Of a stretch of 64,000 bases of DNA, positions 1 to 11,410 are shown one piece after another; the stretch's first letter is position 1, and the number at the start of each line of letters is the position of its first letter. The translations under genes were made by a program, and so were the position numbers. A model generated the notes under the pieces. The model was given only the letters and a program-made list of their open reading frames with translations. It was not told the origin of the DNA and did no database searches. The stretch spans positions 23,002,001 to 23,066,000 of the forward strand of contig CM059440.1 in NCBI GenBank assembly GCA_030390025.1, given 5' to 3'. The DNA comes from Squalus acanthias (taxonomy: Eukaryota).

Positions 1-539
1 CCTCTGGTTGAGGAGTCAGTCACAAGGCTCATCATTTGAAACTGTCACTAAGGGCTGAATTGTGCCGGCGCTCAGAGGATGGGTTATGGGGCAGATCCGC
101 TGTCAAAATGGCAGTGATTGACAGCGGGGCGGAGGTCTGCTCTGAACCCGCCTCCTTGTTAATTTCCCCAGTGCCGGCTCTGCCTGTGGTTTGCAGACCC
201 GGCACTAAGCGGCGGGTCAGGCAATTGAGACACTTAAGACATTTTACCAGGTCCTCACGATTTTTCCATATTTTTTACAATGTTCCCGGCACTCGGGGAT
301 CACGTCAGGTAAGTGTGTTGGTTCTCAATGACTCTGCATTGCTGTGAATAGTTGACAGCTGCAAAAGTGGTATAAAAGCTACCATTTCACAGCTGTTCAA
401 TTTCCAATCTTCGAGGTGAGAGCCTTCAGGATTTGGAATACACTTTTCAGCTTTATGGAGGTTTGAAGTGTTTGGAGCAAACTCTCTATCCAGTGTCACC
501 TCCTTGGAGCAACCTCTCTCACCACTGACAGATCGCTTC

Positions 540-1640
540 TGTCATGTCAACTTCAGCTGCCATCTATTCCATCAGCATCGGTGCCCTTGAAAAAATCTCA
601 CCTTGGTCCTCAAAGTCCCACCACAATCAGCACCAACACCAACATCACCAGACACACCAACATCACCAGGCACACCAGCAGCACCAACAACAGCACCAAC
701 CTTTTCCGCAATCACCTGATGCTGCACAGGACACAGGGCATCAGCACCCGACCACATTGCTGCCCAGGAGGCCAGGAATGGCCTCACCATGGCAAGATTT
801 ACTTCACTTGACGCTGTACACCCTGGCTGCCATATGATGCCACACCAACACCATAAAGCATCCCTACAATGCCCAAGCCATTCCTTTCATACTCATCACC
901 ATTGGGGGGGGGGAGGGGGAGGTCCCGTTATGTCTCGCCATTCATTGCAACTCACTAAGCCACTTCCAAAGGTGCACACAGATCTGTCCAAGAATGCAAA
1001 GTGTTGAAAATAAAGATTTCAATGTTTGACAACACATTAACAGAAACTTTACATGAACATTGGCTAAAACACCCAACTGCCTACCCTTGTGTGTTGTTAG
1101 TTGGTATGATTGGACAAGGATGACGGTGAGTGTGAGGGGTGGCTAATGAGACGGGGAAGTGATAATGTAGATAGAGAGGGATGGGTGGAGGCGCAAGGTA
1201 AGTTGGTGTGAGTAAGGATGTACAGGAGTAGGGTAGGGAAGGCAGAGTGATGGGGATGTGATGAGTGGCACAGCAGGATGAGGCTGAGTGTGGCTTTGGC
1301 AGTAACGTTTCGTGATCTACTGAGATCATTGAAAGGTTTGCGCCACTGCAGCCTGGTCCTCCTGACGACATCCCTGCTTGTGCCCTCCTGTGCAATGTGC
1401 AACCAGGCTGTGTTGGTCTCCTGGGGAGGTCTCTTCCGCCCACTGGAAGGGAAGAGAAGCGCCCTGCGTGCTGTGACTCCCTCCATAAGCATATGGAGGG
1501 AGTCATGGGAGAGCTTGGGTGCAGCTGTGCATCTTTGTGCAGTGCTCGTCAGTGTTTGCAACACCTCAATGCTGCAGAACACTGACAGCACAACTGTCAA
1601 AATGATTGTTGACATGGTCCCTTTAAGGAAATCAAATGAC
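540..1640 (-). mobile_element. Degraded PIF/Harbinger-type remnant with a Myb/SANT (ORF2) exon at about 1305-1540
   Basis: Minus-frame peptide APKLSHDSLHMLMEGVTARRALLFPSSGRKRP..AWLHIA..RTRLQWRKPFNDLSR aligns by eye to ORF2 exon 1 of the element at 33326-33562; boundaries approximate. Confidence 0.6.
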
Positions 1641-2167
1641 GTCATGTAATTTCTGGGTCCCAGCAAGTTTCTGGCGGTGCCAACATACGTGCACCATAAA
1701 CAGACTACCATTGACGTTACAGAGAGAATACGTCAGAATGGCCATTGATTTTTAGGGTCAATGAGTATTTAAAAGAGCAACAGACTAATAAATACAATTC
1801 ATAAGGCCCAGGGACAAATTTATTGTCTCTTTTGAGATAGTAACCATAGGAACAGCTGGGCTCACTCGAAGGTTGTTTCTAATAGTACTTGACAAAATGA
1901 TAGATAAGAGTAAAAATATAAAATCAAATTTTCATTCAGTGTTTACGAGCACTCAGCCAAATTTTCTGCAGAAATTCAGTTCGGTGCTTCAAATGTCGAG
2001 AAAAATTAAAATGCAAATTGATATTTTATCAGTTTAGTGGCAAAATCCTACAGGAAACTAAGGTAAAACCAAAAAAAAACGGTGCCATACCTAGAACTGC
2101 ATCCGGTGGCAGCGGTTGGCTTTCCTCTTGTGTTTGAGGCACTGTTGTTGTAGCCCACAGACTCACT

Positions 2168-2290
2168 GGGCTAGAAATTCGTCTCGGGCGGTGATGCAAA
2201 GCGGGCGGTATCGGATTGGCCACCCGTTACGCGCAGCGCCTGAGATTCGGTTCCACTGCAGTCGTTTTGCGCCACCGCTGGGTTTTGCTG
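2168..2290. mobile_element. Truncated end of a Harbinger-like non-autonomous element
   Basis: Starts GGGCTAGAAATT (same TIR type as 35339) followed by GCGCC-rich sequence. Confidence 0.4.
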
Positions 2291-2394
2291 CAATTATAAA
2301 GCGTCATTTCTGATGAGGCTTTCTGTCTTATCTTTTCAAACAGAAAAATAATCTGGAACAGGCTGAAGTAATCCCATTACTGCCACAGCAGCCT

Positions 2395-2590
2395 ATGATA
2401 GCGTGGTTAGAGCGGTGACTAGGTACGGAAAGCAGAGAGTACGGGTAAGAGGATGGTTTTCGGATTGGCAGGGTGTGGGTACGGTGTGCCCCAGGGCTGT
2501 GTGCTGGGACCTTTTTCATTTATGTAAATGGTATGGGCATGCGTACAAATTGAATGATATTAAGGTTGGCTGATGATGCCAAATTAGGGG
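2395..2590 (+). mobile_element. Old CR1 LINE RT fragment
   Basis: Degenerate W..RKQRV...GVPQG.VLG..F.I..N....K.ADD.KLGG. Confidence 0.5.
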
Positions 2591-3036
2591 GGGGTGTATA
2601 CATGCCAACCAGCCACATTTCGTGTGGACGGTCAGATTTTCCAGCCCCTGTTTGTGCTGGAGGCTGGAAAAACAGTTGATATCAAGCTCCTTGAAGTCAT
2701 CCTGTGAGCCACCATGGCTTACCTCTTCTGCTCATACATGATTGCATGCATAGCAGAGTTGAGCCCCATTGACTTCAGCCAGCCTGAAATCAGCTGCTCT
2801 CGAGCTTCAAGTGCCAAGAGGACAAGAAGGGACACATGCTGACAGAGGACATGAAAGAATCGTGTGGATTGATCGACGTTATCGAGGTTTTAGTGGCAGC
2901 TCTGACGTTGTTGCTGTGCAGCGGCAAGATCTTATTCATGTGTTATCAGGAGGGGCAGCAGCGGCAATCAGCCTAACTCCAATTTATATTTGAACTGGTC
3001 AAACTTGGTGCTGATCAGCAAGGTTAGAATTAACAG

Positions 3037-3268
3037 CAGAAAATGCTGGAGATACTCAGCAGGTCAGGCAGCATCCTGTGAAGAGAGAAACAGAGTTAAC
3101 GTTTCAGGTCGATGACCTTTCGTCGGTTTTGTTCTGACGAAAGGTCATCGACCTGAAACGTTAACTCTGTTTCTCTCTCCACAGATGCTGCCTGACCTGC
3201 TGAGTATCTCCAGCATTTTCTGTTTTTATTTCAGATTACCAGCATCTGCAGTATTTTCTTTTTGTATT
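3037..3268. mobile_element. Penelope-like element terminal repeat as a head-to-head inverted pair
   Basis: 3037-3124 is a near-perfect reverse complement of 3136-3222; same sequence as the 3' end of the PLE remnant at 44200-44306. Confidence 0.75.
3131..3165 (+). ncRNA. Minimal type I hammerhead ribozyme motif
   Basis: GTT-CTGACGA-A-AGGTC(ATC)GACCT-GAAA-CGTT-AAC: CUGANGA and GAAA cores, 5-bp stem II, palindromic ACGU stem III, GTT/AAC stem I. Confidence 0.65.
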
Positions 3269-4072
3269 CGAATTAACAGCGTTAGCACCACTTCGCAGGT
3301 CAATTCCGTTTATTTTTTCCATTCCAGTAGTAAATGCCCTTTTAAGTTTTTTGTTGTGTTCTATTGTAATTCCAGTGCCAAGCATCTAAGGAGCTAAAGC
3401 ATTGCTGGAGATACAGGTAAGTTAGGTTTTGGATAGGTTTGAAATGATGCTGACCTGAGGTTTTCGGTCCCCTCTCAACCAGTACTGCACTGGGAATTAT
3501 GTTTAGTTTGAGTGTCTTACCCCCCACCCAGATGACAGGGACAGTATTATGTTAATATATTGCTTTTATTTTTGAACTTATTATTCAGCTTGTAGACTGG
3601 GAATTAAATTACTTAAGTGGCAAACATCCGCTTTTTACATGGACAAGCAGTGTTTGGGCTCCCGTTTGCACTGTCAGGGCTTGGGGCCCAAAAACATTGG
3701 AATTCAACCCGCTCGCACCCTCCCCCCTCCCCATCCCACTCCTTCTCAGTCCAGTAGCTAATGCACAGGATGGGCCCCACTCCTCTTCTTCGCATGCTTC
3801 CAGCTTTAATGGTCATGATCGGCGGCTCTGTATACTGAAAGTTGAAACTTTGCAAGAACTCAAGTTCCCATCTGACTGGGCTATTAATGCTGGAAATGCA
3901 CCAAGAGAAGAAAATGAGTCTATTTGGTGCGTTAGCCATGACACTTAGATAGGAGCAGGCTGTGGGGAGATAAATACCAAGGGAAGGGGAAATGTATGGC
4001 AAGAGAAGGAAGCAGAATGCAGGGATAGGAGGGGTGGGGGCAAAATGCATGGCAATGGGGAACAAATGGAGA

Positions 4073-4636
4073 GGGGAGAGAAGGGGGAATGGATGGGGAG
4101 TGGAGAGATGGGGGAATGGAAGGGGAGTGGAAAGAAGGGGGAATGGATGGGGAGAGGAGAGAAGGGGGAATGGATGGGGAGTGGAAAGAAGGGGGAATGG
4201 ATGGGGAGTGGAAAGAAGGGGGAATGGATGGGGAGAGGAGAGAAGGGGGAATGGATGGGGAGTGGAAAGAAGGGGGAATGAATGGGGAGTGGAGAGAAGG
4301 GGGAATGGATGGGGAGAGGAGAGAAGGGGGAATGGATGGGGAGAGGAGAGAAGGGGGAATGGATGGGGAGAGGAGAGAAGGGGGAATGGATGGGGAGTGG
4401 AGAGAAGGGGGAATGGATGGTGAGTGGAGAGAAGGGGGAATGGATGGGGAGAGGAGAGAAGGGGGAATGGATGGGGAGAGGAGAGAAGGGGGAATGGATG
4501 GGGAGAGGAGAGAAGGGGGAATGGATGGGGAGTGGAGAGAAGGGGGAATGGATGGTGAGTGGAGAGAAGGGGGAATGGATGGGGAGAGGAGAGAAGGGGG
4601 AATGGATGGGGAGAGGAGAGAAGGGGGAATGGATGG
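4073..4636. repeat. 27-bp G-rich purine minisatellite, about 21 copies
   Basis: Unit GGAGAGAAGGGGGAATGGATGGGGAGA/T; gives 9-aa periodic ORFs in several frames. Confidence 0.95.
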
Positions 4637-4674
4637 CAGTGAAGAAAAGAAGGAAAATGAAGGGGTGAGGGCAA

Positions 4675-4812
4675 GGGGAAATCACTGGCAATGAATGGGG
4701 AACTCACTGGCAATGAATGGGGAAATCAATGGCAATGAATGGGAAAATCACTGGCAATGAATGGGGAAATCACTGGCAATGAATGGGGAAATCACTGGCA
4801 ATGAATGGGGAG
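4675..4812. repeat. 22-23-bp tandem repeat, about 6 copies
   Basis: Unit GGGGAAATCACTGGCAATGAAT. Confidence 0.9.
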
Positions 4813-4869
4813 GTAAATGGATGGCAATAGAGGGAAGGTGCAAATGGATGGTAATGAAGGGGAGAGAGA

Positions 4870-5015
4870 AAGAAAGAACTTGCATTTATATAGCACCTTT
4901 CACGTCTTCAGGATGTCCCAAAGCACTTTACACCTAACAAAGTACTTTTGAAGTGTAGTCACTGTTGTAATGTGGGCAAACACAGCAAGGTTCCATAAAC
5001 AGCAATGAGATAACT
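4870..5015 (-). mobile_element. Deu-type SINE 3' fragment
   Basis: Matches 27985-28140 (ACTTGCATTTATATAGCACCTTTCAC...). Confidence 0.7.
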
Positions 5016-6214
5016 GTCAAAAACAATGTCTGCACGTGCAACACCTTTACTGGAACCATAATTATAATCAAAATAGTGTCTATCTTTTCTTTCCATTGTA
5101 TTCCCCTTGGTGCCAGTGTTTGGTGTGTGATTCTAAAACCTAGCCTGTGCTTCTAATAAGTGTTACTTGACTAGCAGGAATATAAGAAGTGGTTGGCTGC
5201 TGTTGTTCCTCTCGCAACCTCTTGAGATAGTCCTTGTCTGAAGGCAGCTAAGTCCTCAAATGGAACTGCTGTAAGATGCATCTCCTGTGCTGCTGCAAAG
5301 GCAGCCTGGCCCTGCCTCCTTTCTGCCACATGTGCAGACATCTGAAGGGGCTGGTGGGAGGATATGTGTGTGCTGCTATCCTTGGAGACAGCAGCATCAT
5401 GTGAATGCAGTCCTGCCATACAACTTGTGTTGGGCACTCTCTCTGTATGGCCACTGATCTGTGGGAATACACTGTGGCTTTGAAGGATGGTTTCTGTAAC
5501 CTGTCAAAGCTGGAAAAGACAGCCTTATCCACTCTGGCAGCCAAGGCCTCCATGGCAGCAGTCTCAGCATCCATAGCAGAAGCCATAAATATGCTTTGGG
5601 CCTCTGTGGTAGGTGTCTCCGCTGCAGATAATCCTGGAGCTGCCACACACTCCAGGGTGAACTGGAGTGTTGCAGAGCCACCCTTTATGCTGACACAGAT
5701 ACAGGTTGTGGCCTCTTAATGCCAATTTTGGGCAATTTTCTGCTGTGTTTCGTATCTACTGGGAACTGGGTTGACACTGTTCAAACTTATTTGCCATAGG
5801 GTTGATGGCAGGATATGTAAAAGAGAATGGGAGCAGATTTAAGAACTCTCAAATCCTTTGTATAAATAATGATAGAATAGATACAGGGGTCTGGTAGCAC
5901 AGTGGTTATGTTCACATCCCATGAACGAATACGTAAAAAAAAAACAACCCATCATCAATTAAACTATTTAATGTGCTTTATTTTAAGCTCTGGAACTAAC
6001 AATTTATGTTTAAATACATTGTTAGGCATGGGATAGAGTTACCAGAATTCTGCTTGAATTTTATTCCAGTTACCTATTCTTAATGTATTGTCAGCTGTGA
6101 AATATGATGTAAATACGATTTATTGGTCTCCAGTTCTATTTATTTATGGAACCTGAGATGAAGCAGTACCAGAATGAAATTTAAATACTGCATGCTGCTG
6201 TATTGCAAAACATT

Positions 6215-6372
6215 ATTAATGTCACATCAAGAATACTATTAATGTAATATTAAGAATGCTATTAATGTCACATTAAGAATACTATTAATTTAACATTAGG
6301 AATACTATTAATGTATTATTAAGAATGCTATTAATGTAACATTAAGAATTATTCTTAATGTTACATTAGAAT
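6215..6372. repeat. AT-rich tandem repeat of about 23 bp
   Basis: Unit near TAAGAATACTATTAATGTAACAT, about 6 copies. Confidence 0.8.
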
Positions 6373-6932
6373 ACAAAGACTATTTATTTACTAACTGCAG
6401 GTTTGAAATACGTCACAGTTTAGTCTACTGCCAGTTCAGAAGGACAGAATCCATGATCTGGTTTAGGTTTTGCACCTTGTGTGTGTATGCAGCGGTTACC
6501 TGGCGGCAGCTGCTGCAGTTTGTGCTGATTGTCTGATACCCAGGTGCTGATCTGGGTGGTGCATGCTCAGTGGATGGGGATGTAGCACAAGGGGATTGGT
6601 TCGTGGCGGGAAGGACTGCATCTTCAGGCAGCTTGTTAATCTCGACTAACTGGCTTAGTGTCAAAGGCTGATAGAATCAGCTGTCGTTGTGGATGCTGCT
6701 CGTGTAAGGCTGGGCTCCTCATCAGATCTCAACATCGAAAGTGATTCATATCTATTACAGGATAGGGCAACATTAATGTGGGAATAGCAGGATAACCGAC
6801 AAGGAAACTACTTGTGTGGATTGGAGCCTAGTCCAGTAACTCTTCGTATCCTGAACACTGAAGCTGGGAACTGCAGCAAAATCAATTAACTGTGGGAAAA
6901 CAAATCAAAAGGGAAGTATCTGCAGTGGTACA

Positions 6933-7208
6933 ATGGCAGAGCAAGAAATTGAAGACTTTGATGTGGACAGTGTGTCGGACACGGCCTGCATGCTCAATCA
7001 TGTCCACCCGCCACCGTACAGCATTGACGACCAGCCATGGCCGCTAGAGGCACGCAGCATGTGCGAGTGCTGGGGATGGGCTTTACTGGTCACTGCCTTT
7101 AACTTTGCGCTGTTCCTCCTGAACTTTATCCTTATGGGCACTGTGTTTTGCATTGTGCTGCTGCCCACCATTGTGGTGGTGTACTTTGGGTTTCAGTGTC
7201 ACTCCAGG
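6933..7208 (+). CDS. TMEM88B: TMEM88B-like transmembrane protein, coding exon 1 (92 aa)
   Basis: ATG at 6933; acidic N-terminus with SDTACML, PPPYS, long hydrophobic segments ending LLPTIVVVYFGFQCHSR, matching the TMEM88-family motif as I recall it; GTAAGT donor at 7209, phase 0. Confidence 0.85.
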
Positions 7209-9127
7209 GTAAGTAGCCTCCGGCTAGGAATGCTAATTCTCTGTTTGCTTTGCTGCTTATAGTAGCTGTGAAATTGTAATGGTGGATGTGAGTGGCCTGT
7301 CTGGACCAAAGATATTACTGACTAAAGTTAAAAGGTTGTAAAGACTGCGTGAATTGCGGTTTCCATTAAAATAAATGCAGTTTAGGTGCTGAGTTTGACT
7401 GACCAATGATAGAAATGCAGCCATCCTAAATTATAGAGAGGGGAAGCACTCCTTTCACATTGATCCAAATGTGGCTCTTCGCCATCTGAGTGGCAGAGGA
7501 TTCCTATTAATGATGACCTGCTCGGTGCTGAAGTAGCGCGTTACAATGCTTGTATGATATAAATGAAAACTCCCAAAGGTTTTGAGTGTAAACGGATGGT
7601 GGAACAATGGTCCAGTTCTGTCAGCAATGCCAGTGAGTGAGCCTCGGGTACTGCTCAGCTGCATGTGGTGCCTGGGCTGTGAATCACACTGTAACAATAC
7701 AGCCAGCAACGTGAGTCAATAGATGAAGTAGGCTACTTTCTGCACCCTTCATATTTTAAAATTAACTTCCGCTAAAGCTAGATTGTGTACATTTTTGTGG
7801 CAAGAAAACTAAAGGTTTTGATCTTTCACACTTGAAAGAGAATGGAAGGGTTTACTTTTAAGAAATATCTGAGAGTTATTGTGAATTTTCCTAACAATAC
7901 CTTCTTTGAAAAATACTCCATGTCTGAAAATGAAAACAAGAACAACATAAGGACACCCTGACCCATCTTTATGAAATACAAACTCAGGCTACTGTGATAT
8001 TTAAAATTGTGTCCTGGGCAACATGGAGGCACAGGCTTGGTGCCTGTACCTTTAATTAACACGGTGCCAAGATCCCAATCTCGAAGCTGGGGGGGAACTG
8101 GTGACTGATGGGCACATACGTCTGATTATCAAGGGGAGGGAGACGGGCAGGCAACTCACCCGCAGAGCCATGCTTTTGTGTATAAGCAGGAATTGGTGTA
8201 GGTGGAGATCTGGGAACAAGTTACTTCCCTGTCTGCATTCCCAGACATGAAAACTTAAACAGGAGAGAATAAACAGAAATTATTAGCATTTTTTAAACTG
8301 CTCTATGGTCAAGGACTTAAAAGTCTATCGAGTCTGTCAGTGTCTCATTATTTTCAGTGAACTGGTCTGCACCCAGTGAAAAAAAATTCCAATTTTTAAA
8401 AATAAGTTACCCTCCATTTCTGAAAAATCAATAAAGCTCATAGTTAAAAAAAACCTGGTTTGATTGAAGATTAGATGTAAAATTAACTTAGTTTGCAAAC
8501 CACACATGAGAATGAAAAAGAGTTTTGAGCCTTTGTGCCTTGCTAAACCTAAAATAGTCTCAGCCCAAATTCTGCCGCAGTGCCATAGGAGAAGGTCGGG
8601 ACAGGGTATGAAACGAAGATTTCACTTTGCCAGTGCAGCACAAAATGGGCCAGTGGGAGGACTGTGGTTTTGTCCCGCTTCTCTGGGGTCACGGGTTAAA
8701 CCTGATTTGATGATCTGGCGCCACACTGGGGCATTGAGCGGAGACAGACGGATTTGTGTGTCGCCTTGTCGGGAGGCAGGTGGAGATCGGTCTGGATTAG
8801 CAATTTAAACTTTCAGTGGTGTCCCTGGCGATTGGCCACGCTCCAAACGGCCTTGTGGTGCCCACTTATGACTCTTGTATGTTAAGTTATATAATGAGGG
8901 GCGGGCGGGGGAGGCAGGAGGAAGAAAAGCTCACCATTCCCTGGTCAACATTTCTTACTGGGGCCAAGAAAGGACAGAAATCTGGTAGAAACGGGTTCTG
9001 CCCTAAATTATTTCCCCCTGCCCGGACAATGCGAAGACTTTTAGATTATTTCAGAGTACAGAAGAGCCCCCTAATGTCTGTATTAATTTTACTTTATACT
9101 AATTAATAGTTAAGAAAAAAAGCAATC

Positions 9128-9455
9128 AAGAACTTGCATTTATATAGCGCCTTCCATGACCTCATGAAGCCGCAATGTGCTTCACAGCCAATGAAGTACT
9201 TTTAAAAGTGTAGTTACTGTTGCAATGTCGGGAAATGCAGTCAATTTATGCCCAGTAAGGTTCCACAAAGACCAGATCATCTATTTTTGGGGGTGTCGCT
9301 TGAGAGATAAATCATGGCCAGGACACTGGAGGGACCCTCTCCCCCCACCCACCCGCTCTTCGAATTGTGCCCTGGTATATTTTAATTCCATATTGGTTTA
9401 ATGTCTCTTCTGAAAGTGCAGCGCTCCTTCAGTACTGCACTGAAGTGTCAGCCTA
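9128..9455 (-). mobile_element. Degraded Deu-type SINE
   Basis: Colinear similarity to 27985-28350. Confidence 0.7.
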
Positions 9456-11184
9456 CATTGATTGCTGCTTTACTTTGCTTTAAACGTGTAGGTCGGACCT
9501 TATCTATACCATTTAATATTTTATATACCTCAACCGTTTCCTTTGGGACCGGAGAGCTTGTCTCCAGGTGCTTTTACCAGACGGCTTTTTTTTTGCCCCT
9601 CTCCCCTTTTTCATTTGGTATTGGGGGGATTCTGTCGATGCACTGCACTATTTTACAGAGCAGAGTGCGAGCTGGAGGGAGCAGCACTCCTCACTTACAC
9701 TCCTTGTCCACAAAGCTTTACCCGGTGTTATTTGCCTAGACCCATTATTTTGCGGTCCCCGAACGGCGGGGTGCTGACACTGAGGGGTGCTGCTGATGGA
9801 TGGGGAATCGCCGTCTGTGGCCACCGCACTCCTGTAATGTCAAGGGGGCTGTTGAAGCTACTATTTCTCTCAGGAGTTCGGCTGTAACCTGCAAAGTGTT
9901 GGTCTGCAGTTAGGCGTTGTCCGCACCATCACCTACAATGTGCATTCATCACAGTGTGAGCCCAGAATTGTGCGGTTGAGTTTAATTTCCATTTATGCTC
10001 ATTGATAAGTTTAGATATTTAGAATAACTTCAGTAACAACAAACACCGGGACCGAAGATCTGCAATCCTGCTCCGCCTCCGTAACAATGGTGGAGCAGGA
10101 CTCCTTCTCTGCTAGGAACTTAATTCCCGTCGAAATTCCCAACACCAGGCGATTTAGACAACTGGGCTGGTGACGGATGGACCCAGCGGCTTTGAACATC
10201 TGCTGGGAAGCAGTGCCCTAAAGAAAAATATTGCAGCAAAACTGGACCCTTCCCCGGGATGTCCAGTTTCCTTGTAGGGAAAGCTTTTCAGAATTTGGAG
10301 GGTCCGCCTTCTTGAAAGTACTGCAAATCTGCAACAGGGAGGCACGGTGGGGGCACCAGAGGTGGGATTGGCAGGGCTTCCTGCAGGTGACAACATCTTG
10401 CCAATCCCACCTCCTTTCACACTGTCAGTTTGAAAGAGGGCGGACATAGAAACTCACCCCCACCCAGGAAACCCCAACACTGCACCAACATGCAGAGACC
10501 CAGAGTAACCAGGTCACACACCCCAATTTCTGTTCCTGCTAGCCCCATCAGCCCCAACAATGTCTCCAGGCAGTGTGCCCTGATCTCTGAGGAAGTCCGG
10601 GGCCAGCATGTAAACGACTTTTCACAGTTTATTTCCAAAATATACAGAATTATTTTTTCCAAACTTAATATTGACAAAGGATGATCTTATTTGGCTGTTT
10701 TGAATGTTTTTGGGTGTTTTTACATTCCTGGGAATCTCGTCACCACTGCAGTCTCACTACCTGAATTCCAGTGTCCGTGCTCAGATTAAAATCGAAGTGC
10801 AGGGATGGAACAAAGTGCTACTTGCAGTCAGCCATTAATCCTCCCCCTGTCATGTCAGAAGCCAGATCAATGAATCTACTTCGCTTGTTTCAATTTCTGT
10901 ATCAACACTCCCTGTTCGTCAAAGGTAATAAAGCAAAGCTCCAGAATATTCATCCATCCTCTAATCTCCACCTGGCTGACTGCCCCACACACATGACATT
11001 TTCTTCTTCCAGCAGCACATTCTGTTCCGTGGAGTATTTGAACATCTTTAACTCTATTACTTGCATTCCATTTTTATCAAGTTCCTTTTTGAAGGAGCAT
11101 TAAATGTTTTTGCATGATTCTGCTCCATATATTCAGAATTTACCAGTCTTCATATGACATGAAGAATTCATTGATCTGTAATGT

Positions 11185-11410
11185 TCTTGAGGGCAGGAAA
11201 TCTACCGTCATTACCCGGTCTGGCCGATATGTGACTCCGGACCACAGCAATATGGTTGACTCTTAACTGCCCTCTGAAATGGCCCAGCAAGCCACTCAGT
11301 TGTATTCAAGGCGGCGGCTCACCACCACCTTCTTGAGGGCAATTAGGGATGGCAAATAAATGCTGGCCCTGCCGGCAACGCCCACATCCTGTGAATGAAT
11401 TTAAAAAAAT
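11185..11410 (+). mobile_element. 5'-truncated SINE with LINE-derived 3' tail
   Basis: Matches the SINE at 37180-37580 in opposite orientation; tail ..ATAAATGCTGGCC..CCCACATCCTGTGAATGAA. Confidence 0.7.

Noticed and set aside
544-837. His/Gln-rich protein
   Set aside because: Low-complexity CAC/CAG sequence inside a decayed transposon region
3613-4713. Long ORFs of 143-366 aa on both strands
   Set aside because: Produced by the stop-free 27-bp minisatellite
7209-7262. C-terminal extension of the 109-aa ORF as a single-exon gene
   Set aside because: Consensus GTAAGT donor at 7209, and family similarity resumes at 46683
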